From the NCBI GenBank assembly GCA_025594325.1, contig JANHCV010000009.1, forward strand, positions 930,001-994,000: a stretch of DNA of 64,000 nucleotides, given 5' to 3'. Position numbers and translations under genes: made by a program. The stretch is from Blastocladiella emersonii ATCC 22665 (Eukaryota > Fungi > Blastocladiomycota). Below the pieces are notes generated by a model. The model had not been told where the DNA came from and did not search any database. It saw nothing but the letters and a program-made list of their open reading frames with translations. Shown here in pieces: positions 23,616-36,811 of the stretch (positions within the stretch are counted from its first letter, which is position 1; each line of letters opens with the position of its first letter).

Positions 23616-26600
23616 CTACTCGTGGGCGAACTTGGCGACGAAGCCCTTGTAGTCCCAGTTCGGGTCGGCGTGGACGACGAACGGGAGGTCGTACAGCTCG
23701 AGCGCGGTCGGGCGGCGGTCCGGATCGCTACATGAACACGTCAAGTCAGCAACTCGAAAGTCGATACCCAGCGCGCGCGAGGGAGCAACGTACATCTCAA
23801 AGCACTGCTCGAGGAACAACCGCGCCTCGTCCGAGATCGTCTCGGGGATCTCGGGTTTCTTGGCGGACCCGATGTGGTACATGGCGGCGATCTCGTTGAA
23901 CTTGGGCCACGGCCGGTTGCCCGTGCACATTTCGATGACGATGCAGCCAATGGACCAGATATCAACCTTGGCCGAATACCCGCGGCCGCGGACGACCTCG
24001 GGCGCCATCCAGTACACGGAGCCCTGGAGCGAGTGCTGCGAGTAGTAGTCGTAGGCGCCCTGCTGGTGCTGGCCGCCGCCCTGCGGGTTGCCGTTCTCGT
24101 CGTCGGCGCTCCCGCTGCCGCCACCGCCGCCCGCGCCGCCATCCATGCGCTTTGACAGGCCGAAATCCGAGATCTTGCACACGCCCTCGTCGTCGACGAG
24201 CACGTTGGCGCACTTGAGGTCGCGGTGCAGGATGCCGCACTCGTGGAGGTACGACACCCCCGACACAATCTGGCGCGTGAACATGGCCGTGAGCTCTTCC
24301 GGCAGACTCGTCCCGACGGTCGTGAGCAGCGACACGAGCGACCCGCCGGGCACGTACTCGAGGAACACGTTGAGCGTGTCCTTGGCGCGCTCGAACCCGA
24401 GGTAGTGCACGATATTCTCGTGCGACAGATCGCGCAGCAGCTCGATCTCGCGCTGCAGCGCCTCGAGCATGCTCTGGTGCTTCTTGCCCATGACCCCGCT
24501 CGCCGCGGGCACCTCGACCTGCTTGACGGCCATCATCTCGCCCGTCGCCATGGCGAGACCGAGGTACACGCGCCCGAACGAGCCCAGACCGATCAGCTCG
24601 CCCTTGGTCCACTGGAACGGCGACTCGCCGTCGGCCAGCGTCGCGGACGTGACGGGGCCAGCCGCGGACGCGGACGCGGACGCGGACGCGGTAACGATCT
24701 CGCCGCCAATCGCCGCGGCGCCCGCACTCGGCGCACGGTGCAGGAGCGCGGCCGCGGCAGGCGCGTGCGCGTCGTCGGCGGACCCCGTCGAGATCGTGTA
24801 CGGCGCGTTGGGCAGGTCGGACGTGTTGATCATGGGCGGCGGCGCCGGCATCGTGCGGCGGCGGCTGACGGCCGCGTTGGCCGCGCCCTCGGCGATCGGC
24901 GACAGCGTGAGGCCCGCGAGCGCGTCCACCGCCGCGTCCGTGACGACCGTCGGCGGGGACGCGGTCGCGGGCGCCGGCGGCGACCCACCGCTCGCGTTGC
25001 TCCGCGACGGCGACACCCCACCCCCGCCGCTGGCGCCGCGGCGCGCCTGGCCCTTGAGGTGCGGGAGGTACGTCGACCGCGCCTGGAGCGCGGAGAAAAG
25101 CGACTCGGGGTCGGCAGCGAGCGCGGCGACCGTCGACGCGTCGTCGAGCGGGGACCCGGCCTGCGTGTTCGTACTGCTCCCGGGGGACGTCGTCGTGACG
25201 ATGGGCGGCGGCGGGACCGCGGGCGTCGACGCGGTGCGCGGCGGGATCCGCAGCACGCCTTTCGTGCGCACGGGCGGGAGCGCGGGCGGCGCCGGTTCGA
25301 CACCAGCTGGCGCGCCCTGCTGCGACCCCGAAAGCCGCGCGGCGCGGATCGTGCCGCCCGGGTTGGCGAGCCCGCGGCCGATGGTCCGGCGCAGCACGTC
25401 CGGGTTGGCCGACGGGAAGAAGATGTCCAGGTTCTCGGCGATCGCCTCGGTGCGCGGGCGGTCCGCGACGGATAGACCCGAGTCGCGGTTCGCCGTGTGC
25501 CGGCCCCAGCCGGCCGGGTGCGGGCGCAGCTGGCTCGCGGGCGCGGGCGGCGCTGGGTCGTCAGAAGACGGCGGCGCATCGGCGGGCGAAGGCGACGCGT
25601 CGTGGTGCTCGGCGGCGGGCGCGACCACGGGCGACGCAAAGTGTTCGCCGGTCCCCGAATCGGGCGGCGTCGCGAGATGCTGGTGGTGCTGGTGCTCGCG
25701 GTGCTGCTGCTGCGCGAGATGCCGCATCTGCTGCTGCTGGAGCATCGCGGCGGGCGACGGCGTCGGGATCGCGGGTGCGGGACCCGCCGGGCTCTGGCCT
25801 GCGGGCGTCGGCGCGCGCAACGAGCCAGGCGCGGGCGACCCGTTTCGCGCTGGCTGCTGCCCGTGCCCCTGCCCCTGCTGGAATGGGAAAAAGTAGTGCG
25901 GCGCCTGGTCGCCGCGCGTCAGGAGCACCGGCTCGTGTCCCGCGGCGGCGGCAGCGGGCGAAGGCGAAACACCGCGCGGCGCGGGCGACGGCCAGCGGAC
26001 CGGGATCTCGATGCCGCTGTCCTCGGCGGGCGGCAGCGACGCCTTGCGGTGGTACTGCGCGTGGTGCAGGAGGTGCGAGGGCGTCGCGGGCGAGGTCCCC
26101 GGCGCTGCTGCGCCGGCAGCGGCTGGTGGCGGCGCGCCCGGCTGCGGCGTGTACGCGAGCGACTCCTTGCGCGGCAGGAAGACGGCTTTCGCGTGCATCT
26201 GCGCGGGCGCCGAGCGCGTCGACATGGCCGAGACGGGGGTCGCCTGGCGGTGCGGGTGGTGGAGGTGTGGACCAGTGCCGTGGACAGCGGCAGCGATGGG
26301 CGCAACCGTAGCCGACTGTGGGGACGCGGCGACGGCGTAGATGGGCGTGCCGCTCGGGCTGTAGGCGACGGGGCCTGGCATCGGCTGCTGCGTGTACTTG
26401 TACGACTCGCCGCGCGGCTGCACGCGCGGCGGGCCGGGCGGGGCAAACATGAGGCCGGCCTGGCCGTGGTACACCTGCTGCTGTTGGGGATGCTGCTGCG
26501 GGTGGTAGTAGTACTGCGGCGGCGCCGTGACGACGGCGTAGGGCCTGGGTTGTGGTGGCGACTGCTGCTGCGGCGACGCCGAGAGCATGTAGGGCGCGAA

Positions 26601-27282
26601 CTGCTGCTGCTGCTGTTGTGGGTACTGCTGCTGCTGCTGCTGTTGGAGGTACACGGGCTGGTACACCTGCTGCTGCTGCTGCATGGTTGGCGGCGGACCG
26701 ACAGCGAGGCGGTGCGGCGAGGGCTCGCGCGGATTCGCGATCGGGTAGTAGACGGGGTCAGCCGCGGTAGGAGGAGCGGCGGCGGCGGCGCGCGACTTTT
26801 TCAGGAACTTGCCGTACTGCGACTTGAGCTCCTTGAGGGCGATCATGAAGCGGGCGCGCTCCGAGAGGGCCGTGACCTGGAACTGCTCGAGCAGCACGTC
26901 CTGGGTGATGTTGAGCAGCTGGGTGCCGTTGACCTGGTAGTCTACGGAGCAGAAGGGCATGGTACGGCGGCGATGGCGATGGCGACGAGGGCGACAAGGT
27001 TTGGGAGGAGAGTTAGTGGCCGAGGGCGAGGGTCGAGCGGTAGAGCTCGAGCGGCGCGGCGGCGGCCCGTGCGGCGGGCCTCGTGCCGTGTATCAGGATG
27101 TGCGACGAGGCTGACGGTGGCGGCGCGCGCGGTCGCGCTCAGCGCACGGCCGACGGCGCGCAGCTCTCGAGGGCAGGCAAGCATAGCGTACCGTAGAAGA
27201 GGCGGCGGTAGCCCGTGAGGCGGTTCTCGACGAGCCACTGGTCGACCCTTGCGGGCGTCCAGTTGCCGACGTCCATCATCAT
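23616..27282 (-). CDS. BCK1: MAP kinase kinase kinase, Bck1/Mkh1-like, with an N-terminal SAM domain
   Basis: gccgccATG at 27282. Introns 26942-27191 and 23728-23793. SAM (WTPARVDQWL...VNGTQLLNIT). Bck1-type RPRTEAIAENLDIFFP motif. Kinase motifs WTKGELIGLGSFGRVY, AVKQV, HRDLKCAN, DFG, QGSVYWMAPE, GYSAKVDIWS. BCK1 versus STE11 orthology needs a phylogeny. Confidence 0.8.
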
Positions 27283-28757
27283 GGCGGCTCAGGCGCAGCT
27301 GGCAGGGCACCGGACGGCGACGGCAAGGCGCGGGTGCAGGTGAAGTGAAGCACGTCGCAGGGTGCAGCGGGCGGGGCTGGGTGGCCGCCGTCGGTCGAGT
27401 CGGTGGTGGTGATGGCACGGCGGGGCCTGCGATGCCGAGTCGAGCCCGGTGTTGATGCGGAGCGTAGCGAGTGGTGCGGCGAGGCGAATGCACCTAGTCG
27501 ACGGCGAGGCAGCGCTCTCCCGGACTGGTTGTTGGAGTGGGTCGCAGGAGCGCAGGCGGTGGAGGTGTGGCACCTCGAGGCAGCGGCAGCCAGGCGATGC
27601 AGACGGCGGGCGGAGCGGAGAATGAACGCCTGCCGCAAGCGAGCAAACGAGCGGGTGCGGTCGGTCGATGCACTGGGGCCGAGGCGCGGGCGAACGGCCC
27701 GAGGGCCCGGTACGATGCGAGGACCAAGGCCGAGCCGGCGGGGCACGGCAGGGCACGGCGAAGATTGGCGGGCGTAGTGGCGCTTGAGAGGCTGAACGGG
27801 CCGAGCGAGATGGCGATGCAACCGAGATGAAGGAAGGTGGGACGAGCCAAGGTCGGCGACCCAGTGGAGCACGCGGAGGTGGCTCCACCACGGCTCATTA
27901 TGACGTGAATACGGGCCATTGCGAGTATCCCGATGGCTATCTTAGACGCGGACGCCCGCACGGCTGCGAGTGCGGTGCGGCGCAGCCATTGGCGCGCCGC
28001 TGAACGAACGAAGGGGCGCCCAGCCACGGCGTCGGCGTCGGCGTGCCGATGATCGCCGGCCGGTCGTCGAGAAGCGTTGAGCGAGTGCGGGGTGGCGCAG
28101 CCGGCTCGTCGGATGCATGCAAAAGTGTCTCCGGTCGTTTCGGGTCGGGGCGCGTGCGCACGCGGCGGTCACGCGGCCGCCGGTTCGCGCGCGTTTTGGC
28201 GGACGTGCGGGTGGGAGACGCGTCGCGCGAAAGACGGAGACTTCGTCTCGCACTCGTCCCCTCCGCCCTCTAGACACGCGGCGGATCGCACATCTCTCTC
28301 ACACGCACACGGACACGCGCCTCACGAGTGCACGCGTCGCGTCGCGCGCCCCGCCACCCGCCGCCCCTCGCCGTCCCCCTCGCGCCCGCGCCGTGCCCTC
28401 GCTGCTGCCCTGCTACGCTGCCGCGCTTACCCTTAGACACCGCATTGCACCGGGTCGCCGACACACGCGCACCACACGCATCCGTCCGCCCGCGCGACTC
28501 GCCGGCCCCCCATCCGCTCGCTCGCCACTCGACGCGGCGCAGCCCGGCCTCATCTGCCCGCCCCTCTCGCTGCCCTCGCTCGCTCGCTCGCGTCCGTGGC
28601 GCAACGCGTTCTCGCCCGCCTGCGCTGCGCACCCGACTGCTAGCTGCGCGCGTGACGACGCTTTTCGACTCTCTGGGCCTCGCTCTCCGACCCTCGACTT
28701 TGCGCTCTACCTGTCGGTCAGTCGCCGTCATCACGCACCACGACCACCACCACCACC

Positions 28758-31700
28758 ATGTCGCCCAGCTTCTTCACGTCGCAGGCGCTGCTCGCCGAGG
28801 ACCTGCTGCTCGCCGTCGCCGTCGTCTGGTGCACCTTCTGCTACCTTGTCACGGCTGCCGGTGTCTACATCAGGTGCGCTCCCTCTTCGGGCTGACGCAC
28901 GCCGTTGCTGAACTGACCAGCGCGCTGCGCCTTGCACGTGTGTGGCACCCCCCGTGCAGCTACAAAAAGTACGGCCCCGAGAACGCGGCCGCCCCGCCCG
29001 CTGCCTTCCCGCCGTCCTCCTTGTCGTTTACCGATGAGCGGAGGCCGCCGACCCACGCCGCCGCCGCTCCCGGCCTGCCGACCATCTCGGACCCGCACGC
29101 GCCCGTCACGACCTCCCCACCACCACCGCCCGCCGCTGCCTCGACCGACGACCTGCTCGCGCCGGCGCTCCCGCGCGTCTCGATCCTGCGCCCGCTCAAG
29201 GGGCTCGACACCAACATCGAGCGCAACCTCGACGCGTGCTTCCACCTCGAGTACCCGCGCGCCTGCATCGAGATCATCTTCTGCGTCGCCGACCACGCCG
29301 ACCCCGTCATCCCGCTCGTCCACGACCTCATGCGCCGCTACGCCCGCTTTGACATCAAGCTCTACGTCGGTGCGCGCTCTACTCTTCCGTCCTGCTCGCT
29401 CCGCGACTGACATTGACCTCGGAACGGACTAGGCGAGGCCATCGTCGGCATCAACCCGAAAATCAACAACCTGATCCGCGGCTACGACGCGGCGCGCCAC
29501 GACATCGTGTGGGTGCTCGATAGCAACATCTGGGTCGCCCCGCAAACGCTGATGCGCAGCGTCGCCGCGCTGTCGCAGCCGGGCATCGGCCTCGTGCACC
29601 ACCTGCCCGTCGGCATCCAGCCCAAATCCTTCGGGTCGCAGCTCGAGTACTTTTTCCTCAACGTAGTCCACGCGCGCGTCTACCTCGGCATCAACTGGCT
29701 CGCGCCCGCGAGCTGCGTCATTGGCAAATCGACCTTATTCCGGCGCTCAGACCTCGCCCTGTGCGGCGGCCTGCGCGCCTTCGGCAAGTACATGGCCGAG
29801 GACAACATGGTCGGTCAGGCGCTGTGGGACCTCGGCCTGCGCCACGCCATGACGCCCGACCGCGCATGGCAGGCCCTCGGCAACATGTCGGCCGCCGACT
29901 TCTTCTCGCGCCGCCAGCGGTGGGGCCGCATCCGCAAGTACACGGTCCGCGTCGCCACCGCCGTCGAACCATTCACCGAGTGCCTGATCCTCTCGGGAAT
30001 CTTCGCGTGCGTCGTCCGCGCGCTCTGGACCCGCGCGCTGCTCCCCCTTGCCGCCGCGCTCGCCTCGGGCGGGTACCCCTCCCTCGCCGCGACGACCGCC
30101 GCGGTCGCGGACCTCGTACCCCCATTCCCGCTCCTGTACGCCGTCCACGCGGCCGCGTGGTTCTGGGCCGACTGGGCCGTCGCGTGCAACGTCGCGCACC
30201 ACGCCCGGCTCCCGTTCCCCGCGTTCGCCGCCGCCTGGCTCGTCCGCGAAATCACCGCGCTCCCGACCTACGTCTGGGCCGTCACCGGGTCGACCGTCGC
30301 GTGGCGCGACTGCTTGTACGAGCTGCGCCGCGGCGGGACCGTCGAGCTCGCGTCTGACGCAGCCGCGAAACGCGCGGGCGGACGGCCTGCCGCCGCGGTT
30401 GTCGGCAAGAAGCGGGTCGAGGAGACGCCGCTCTCTGTGCACCAGTCCGCGGGTGCGGCGGCCGCTGCAGCGTCATCGCGCGTCACCCCGCCTGTCGTCC
30501 CGAAACCGACTGCGGTGCCCGAGAAGGAGACGGACGCGTTCCGCAAGTCGGGCCGCGTCGTCGAGCGGTTCGGGTACGCTGCCGATCCTGCTGCGCCACC
30601 GCCACCACCACCCGTCGTCGACGTGCCGCGCGTCGCCGTCACCCACGTCCAGCTCCCGCCGTCGCCGCCAACGTCCGCGTCTGGGTCGGACGGCAACGTG
30701 TCGGACCTCGACGTCGAGGACACCAAGGACACGGCGGGCGCGGATCAAGCGCCGCCGCCGCGGCACCCGCTCGCGGCGCAGACCGTGTATCTCGCCGGCG
30801 GGACCAAGTCCCGGGCAGCAGTCGCGCTCCCGCCGTCCCCGCCACCCTCGCCGCTACCGCCCGCCGAGTACCCCGGCCCACTCGTCGACCTCGGCCGCAC
30901 GCTCGTGCTGACCGCGGCGGCGGTCGTGATATGGGCCGCAATCCAGCTGATGCTGTCGTTCATGATCGCCATCTACGCGCTGGCCGCCGTGTTCCGGTTC
31001 CCGCTGCTCGACCTCCGCGGCTACCTGCTCGCGGTCCTCGATAAGGCCGCGCGCGACTTCCCATCGCGCGTCGCGAAACCCCTGTCGGCGCTCGACCGCT
31101 TGGTCTTCGGCGTCAGCCTCGTGTCGATCCGGATCCTCGCGACCTTCATCCCCGCAGGCCACCGCGCGTTCCCGCCCGCGCTCCTCGCGCGCCCCGCCGA
31201 CCTCCTGCCGTCGCGCGAGTACTTTTGCGCGTACGAGCGGCACAAGTACCGCGTGCGCGTCCTCGACCTCGTGATGCACGGGTTCGACCCGCTCATGTTC
31301 GAGCCGGGGAATCTCGCCGCGAAGCGCGGCCGCATCGCGCTCGTCCCTGGACTTCTCCCGTCTGGGGAAGCGCAGTGGGACGGCGGGTTCGGGGTCGTCG
31401 AGATCGTAAGGCAGGGGATCGCGGTGCTGGGGATGGCTTTGGCCGCGGGCGCGGGGAACAGCTACGGCCAGGTGCAGATGCAGCAGATGGTCGCGCTCGC
31501 GGGGCAGACCGAGACTGCGGCCGCGGCCGCCGCCGCTGGCGGGCACAAGGGTAAGGGCCGCGGGGCCGCGGCAAGGAAGGCCGCGCGGCAGCAGGTGCAC
31601 GTAGCGGCGGGACCGTCGCTGGCCCCCGTCGTGTCACCGACTCCCGTGGCACCGGCTCCCGTGGTCCCCGCGGCGGCGGCATCGGCATCGGCGCCCAAGG

Positions 31701-32704
31701 CCAAGCAGGTGCCGACACAGCAGCCCGCCGTCAAGCGGCCGCCTACTCCCGCCGGCGCCAAGCGGGCGGCCCGCGCCACGACCGTCCCCGCGGCGGTCGC
31801 GGTACCGTCCGTCGACGTCGCGGCCGCGCAGGCCGCCGAGGTCCCGCCGTCGCTGCCCACGCCGACACAGGAAACGCCGACCGCGACCCACGTCGTCGAG
31901 CCCGTGTGCTGCGCCAAGACCGAGGTGAACTCGGTCGCTGTCCAACCCGCCGCCGCAGTCGTCGATGCACCAGCTGCTTCCGCGACACAATCACCGGCGC
32001 CGCCACCCGCTGTACTCGATGCCGCCGTACCTCCCGCACCCGCGCCAGCGCAACGCCCGCTCAGCGTGTCCGCATCGACCGCGTCCCTCGCGTCCTCGAC
32101 CTCCCCCTCCTCGTCGCTGACCTCCTTATCGGTCGGCCCCGCTACCACTACCAGCAGCACCACTACCGCCGCCGCCCGCCCACGCCGCGGCCGGCAATCG
32201 TCCAAGACCGTGATCATGCTGCCCGAGACCCCGACCACCGCCGCCGAGGCCGACGCGTACGCGGTCCCGCGCCGCCTCGCGGCCTCCGTGTCCGCGGCGG
32301 CGGCCGCCGTCGAGGCCAAGCAGCAGAACGAGCGCCGGCACAACCCGATCCCCGGCTACCCGCAGCTCCGCGAGGCGCGACGCCGCGCGGCTGGCGGATA
32401 CACGGTGTCTCCGTCCGCGACGGGCGAGCCGTCGGCGGCTGCGGCCAGGCCACGGCGTCGCGTGGTTTCCGCAACGCCGGCGGCGGCAGTGGCGGGAGAC
32501 GACACGTGCGCCGAGGCGGCCAAGTCGGATTCCGCAGTCGGCGCGTGGCTCGCGTCCGCCAACGGGTCCAAGACCGCGGCCCTGTCGGCCACGGCGCCGA
32601 TGGGCGAGTGCGCCATCGAGAGCGTCCGCGGACTCGCAGCGCGGCGCGCGCGGACCGGGACGGCTGATGGGCAGCGGCCCGCGGTGGCCGTGGCGCGCGT
32701 GTGA
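28758..32704 (+). CDS. GCS1: Ceramide glucosyltransferase (GT21, UGCG/GCS1) with a long C-terminal extension (~1265 aa)
   Basis: Introns 28874-28959 and 29370-29432. Motifs VSILRPLKGLD, VGINPKINNL, DIVWVLDSN, YMAEDNM, RRQRWGRIR; N-terminal hydrophobic helix. Confidence 0.85.
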
Positions 32705-32901
32705 TGTTTGACGGGAGTGAGAGATACCATAGCTGTTGAGGCGGGATACATACTTTCAATTGCATGACATGCGTGTTCCCGGAACAGGCCGAGGTGGGTG
32801 ACACGAGGAACGCAGGTTTGCAGGACGCGAGATGAACACCGCGCCCCTGCCTTCGCCTCTCGCACTCGATTGCGATCCAGTATAGACGAGCTGACTGCTC
32901 A

Positions 32902-34562
32902 ATGGTGAATCATAGACTTACAGAAACCATGCCGAACGCGACGCCCGAGTCTACAGCGGGATCGAGCCGCGAGCCCGGTCCCCTCGCGCCGAACGAGCGC
33001 CCTGTCATCGTCGTGCCCGAGCTCCCGCTTCCGACCCCGCCGGCGTCCGCTGCTCCTCCATCGCCGGATGTCTCGGCTCCGCAGAGCCGGACGGCCGAGA
33101 CCGTCGCCGAGTGGGCCTACTACCAGGCGCTCGTCGACGTCCTCACCCAGGAACACGCGCTCGCTCCTCTCTCCGCCGCTCCGCTTCCGGTCGGCACGGC
33201 GCCCGGCGCGGACGAGCTTCTCGACTCGCTCGTCAGCACGCTCGACCGCCACTCTTCGCGCAAGCTCAAGCTGCTCAGCGGCAGAACAACTCGCTTTGGA
33301 TCAACCATCTACGAGCGCCCGCTCCTCATCGGCTCGCTGATCCGCAAGCATAGCGCACGCGTCACGCGCGAGGCAAGCTCGCCGCCGGCCGGCGACTCGG
33401 CCATCCGTTTCGCGCTCGCGTCGCTGCTCGCGGACGTCGAGCGGGGCCGCGTTCCGCAGACGATCTCGACGGACTACATTTCGAAGGACAGGCGTACGCC
33501 CGTCGACGTTCATGCGCCCTTCATCCGTCTCAACGGCGCCGTCGTCTACAACTTCCGCGCGCTCGGCGATCACGCGCGGGCCTCGGCCGTCGCCGAGGCG
33601 GCTCTCGCTCTCACTTCCGCACCGGCCCGGATCCAGCCCGCTTCTCGTCGACCTGCGATTCTGGTCGACGTCGACTCCGAGCTTGAGCTGCCGCTTGCTT
33701 ACCTCAACTCCAGCGACGCCCGCGAGTCTCAGGACAAGCTCGAGAACGAACCCGACGAGGACGGCCGTGTTGCCACTACACCCGACGCGACCATGCCCTC
33801 GGACGCGACCGCCGACTTGGACAATGACCGCGACTCGGACCGGTCCTCGCTGCCACCCGAACCACGTCGCCCCGTGGCCACCCGCTCCTCCGCCAAGCGC
33901 CGCAAGCGGCCCGCCGACGGCTCGCCCGCGCTCCCGTCCGCCAAGCGTCACGCTGCTGCTGCCCTCCCGCCAACACGGTCTTCGCCCGCCGCGTCCGAAG
34001 CTGCTTTCGAACACGATGTCGCTCCGGTCCTCGAACCCGAACCGTTCCTCGCGCGCAGGATCCAGCTTTTGAGCCCATGGCAGTCGAACTTGCGGCAGTC
34101 GAACTCGTGCCTGTCGAGCATACAGCTGTCGAGCTCGCTTCGTCGCCCGCATTGCACGTCTCAAACGATGATGCAATCGTCTCTACTTCTTTCCTGGCCC
34201 TCGCGCTCGGCCGACTTCCCGACGAATCCAAGCCCATGACTATCGAATTCGCCGTTGTCGCGCCTGTTCCGACCACTCTCGCTCCGAGCGCGGTCGCCGC
34301 GGCGAGCGATGCGAGCGCATTGACTCCCGCCCCCGCCACACTCGCGCCCGGCCAGCTTCCAGCCGAGTTTCTCGACCGTGCGCGGTCGCTGCCCGCCAGC
34401 CGCATGACCTTCCTCATGATCGCGCACGAGCTCTCCAACGCCCTTGACCTCGACAGCCAGCAGGACGTGGTCGAGGCCGCGACCGACGCTGCGTTCCTTG
34501 GGTGGGCAACGGAGAAGTTCATTGGGTTTCTGAATACACTTGCCGCCCCCGCGAAGGAGTAA
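32902..34562 (+). pseudogene. Unknown intronless family, copy A (one frameshift)
   Basis: EWAYYQALVDVLTQEH and HAPFIRL..VVYNFRAL motifs. The C-terminal family domain (EFLDRARSLP...TEKFIGFLNTL) lies in another frame (34077-34562); shift near 34045. Confidence 0.7.
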
Positions 34563-34647
34563 CATCCTCATGCGCTGGTCTTGACTTTTTCGTTAGCACT
34601 GCTACCTTGGTTCAGGCGCCCGCGCTTGCAGGGCGGGTGAGAGACAA

Positions 34648-34682
34648 TGTCTCGCACACGTCACATGTTTGATTGACGCGTC
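34648..34682 (+). promoter_or_regulatory. Conserved downstream motif TGTCTCGC-N5-TCACRTG-WTTG-WTTGACGCGYC, copy 1
   Basis: tgtctcgcacacgtcacatgtttgattgacgcgtc; matches copies at 36777, 53039 and 55034. Function unknown. Confidence 0.55.
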
Positions 34683-34961
34683 TCCGCGCCACGTTGGGCA
34701 CGGACTGAAGGCCACCGAGCTCCTCACATTGGAAATGCGTCTCCACTCAATCTCGTTGGTTGAATTTACCCCAGCTTCAATGTTGAAGCCCAGCGCGGAG
34801 AGGGAGCAGTTGCTGGCGCTACAGGGCGCCAATTAATTGAATTCCGTGCCAGTAAACTAAATTTATTCATTGACATTCTTTGTCTGCGCCAGGGGATGTG
34901 CGAGCAGCGAACCAGTTGAAGTCGAAAGGGCAAAGCTGTTGGTGGGGAAAAGGGATGAAAC

Positions 34962-36683
34962 ATGATCACAGGATGTTATCGTCACTCGTCCATGCAGACG
35001 CGAATGAATTCACAACTTGCTGAAACTATGTCAGCCGCAGCTTCGCACCCCGCTGCCGGGGCCCAACGTCAACACGCTAGGCTCACACCCAACGAGCTGT
35101 CTGCGCCACATGCACTGGTGCCAACTACAGCAGCGACTACCGCTTCTCAAGCGCCCGCCCCTTCAGCACCCATCTCTCTTGCACGCGATTTTCCAGCGAC
35201 CGCTTCTGCTTCGCCACCAGCTCGCGATGAACTTACCGCTGAACTTGTCAGCGAGTGGGCGTGCTACCAGGCGCTCATTCTCGTCCTTTCCAATGAACAC
35301 TCCCGGTCGCCTCTTCCAAGTACCCCACTTCCCATTGGCCTGAGCCCTGGCGCCAAACAGCTTCTTGACACACTTCTCAGGATGATTGAGCCGCGTGCCG
35401 AGGACAAGCACTCTTTGATCCATCTTTATACGCATTGGAAGAACGTTTCCCGGCGCTCGCGCACCATTCAATTGGCGCTCGAGAGACACTGCAAGTTGGC
35501 CGCGCCAGAAATGACAAACTCGAACATGATCATCCGCCTCGGCCTTAAATCGATCCTTGAGAAAGTCAAGCTTGGTCATGTTCCGGCTTTCACCAAAACG
35601 GATTATGTCCCAAAAGACAGCTTTGCAGCGACGATTATTCACGCACCCTTTGTCCGCCGTGTTGACCAAGATGGAGTCGTTTCGGTCTTCTACAACTTGG
35701 CTGCGCTGGGTGATAACTCGCACCCTGTGCCTGCTGCAGCCCCCGCTCCCACTGCAGCCCCCGCCCCTGCTGAAGCCCCCGCCCCTGCTACAGCCCTCAA
35801 CCCCCCTCAAACTTCTGTTTCCAACTTATCCGCACCCAAGCGAACTCGACTTGCGCGGGTGCTTATGGTTGACTCTGAGTCTTCTGAGTCTGATTCTGAG
35901 TCAGATCCCAAACATCCGCTGGGACTTGATCTCAACTCAAACGAGACGCACAATGTCAACCCAATCAACGAAAACGCGACGTTTGGTGTCCTCACGCCGG
36001 ATCCTAAGCCAAGCGATCACTCGCTTACGGACTTGGCTGGCGACAAGCTGCCTTCTCACCAGCTGGAACCGACGCTTCTCCATGCTCCTTGTTCTGTGTC
36101 GACCCGGACAAAGCGACCTGCCAAATCGCCAACGCGTTCTCCTGTGGCTCCCAAGCGACGCGCCATTTTTTCCACGGCCACACGACCCCCTATGCTTACC
36201 CCTCTTGTGCGTGCGCCTGGACTTGTACCTGTCGCCGACATCACGTCTGAACTGGATCAAGCAGTCAACCCAATTCCCGCTCCTGGAACTTCACTCCCTG
36301 CTGTCTCCACTGCTGCCACACTTGCACCAGCAGTTTTGCCTGCCGCTTCACCAAGCGCAGCTATGCCTGCCGCTGCGCCAAGCGCAATTATTCACGCTTC
36401 GACGACAGTTGTGTTGCCAGCATCCTCGACCGCCAGCACCACTTGCGCCGCGACTGCTTCCGCCCCAGCTCGCCCTGGCACCCAATTTTCTACCGAGTTC
36501 CTGGAGAACGTGCGCTCGTTCCCTCCCGACGCAATAACTTTCCAGTTTGTTTTGAACGAGTTCGCCAAGGTCAACAAGCTTGACAGCACAGTCAAGCTGA
36601 ACGATTATGCGCTTTGCGGCGCACGCGTTGGGTACTCTGTGGACAAGTTCATTGAGTTTCTCAACAAATTTGTGGCCCCGTGA
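34962..36683 (+). CDS. Unknown intronless family, copy B (intact)
   Basis: 573-aa ORF with EWACYQALILVLSNEH, IHAPFVRR..VFYNLAAL, a Pro/Ala/Ser/Thr linker and C-terminal EFLENVRSFP...YSVDKFIEFLNKF. Exact start Met uncertain. Confidence 0.75.
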   Translation: MITGCYRHSSMQTRMNSQLAETMSAAASHPAAGAQRQHARLTPNELSAPHALVPTTAATTASQAPAPSAPISLARDFPATASASPPARDELTAELVSEWACYQALILVLSNEHSRSPLPSTPLPIGLSPGAKQLLDTLLRMIEPRAEDKHSLIHLYTHWKNVSRRSRTIQLALERHCKLAAPEMTNSNMIIRLGLKSILEKVKLGHVPAFTKTDYVPKDSFAATIIHAPFVRRVDQDGVVSVFYNLAALGDNSHPVPAAAPAPTAAPAPAEAPAPATALNPPQTSVSNLSAPKRTRLARVLMVDSESSESDSESDPKHPLGLDLNSNETHNVNPINENATFGVLTPDPKPSDHSLTDLAGDKLPSHQLEPTLLHAPCSVSTRTKRPAKSPTRSPVAPKRRAIFSTATRPPMLTPLVRAPGLVPVADITSELDQAVNPIPAPGTSLPAVSTAATLAPAVLPAASPSAAMPAAAPSAIIHASTTVVLPASSTASTTCAATASAPARPGTQFSTEFLENVRSFPPDAITFQFVLNEFAKVNKLDSTVKLNDYALCGARVGYSVDKFIEFLNKFVAP

Positions 36684-36776
36684 TGGAGCATGCTCCTTGC
36701 GCTGTTGGTCGGATGTTTTGTGCGTTTGTGCGCGTAAGCACACGAGGGAAATCATGTCTTGTACCTTAGAAGCTCA

Positions 36777-36811
36777 TGTCTCGCACTTCTCACGTGTTTG
36801 ATTGACGCGTC
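36777..36811 (+). promoter_or_regulatory. Conserved downstream motif, copy 2
   Basis: tgtctcgcacttctcacgtgtttgattgacgcgtc. Confidence 0.55.

Noticed and set aside
24225-27218. Long + strand ORFs (416, 475, 573 aa) and similar long ORFs at 41561-43477, 42148-43077 and 61247-62236
   Set aside because: They are antisense or alternate-frame shadows of GC3-rich genes; Arg/Gly/Ala-rich with no motifs.
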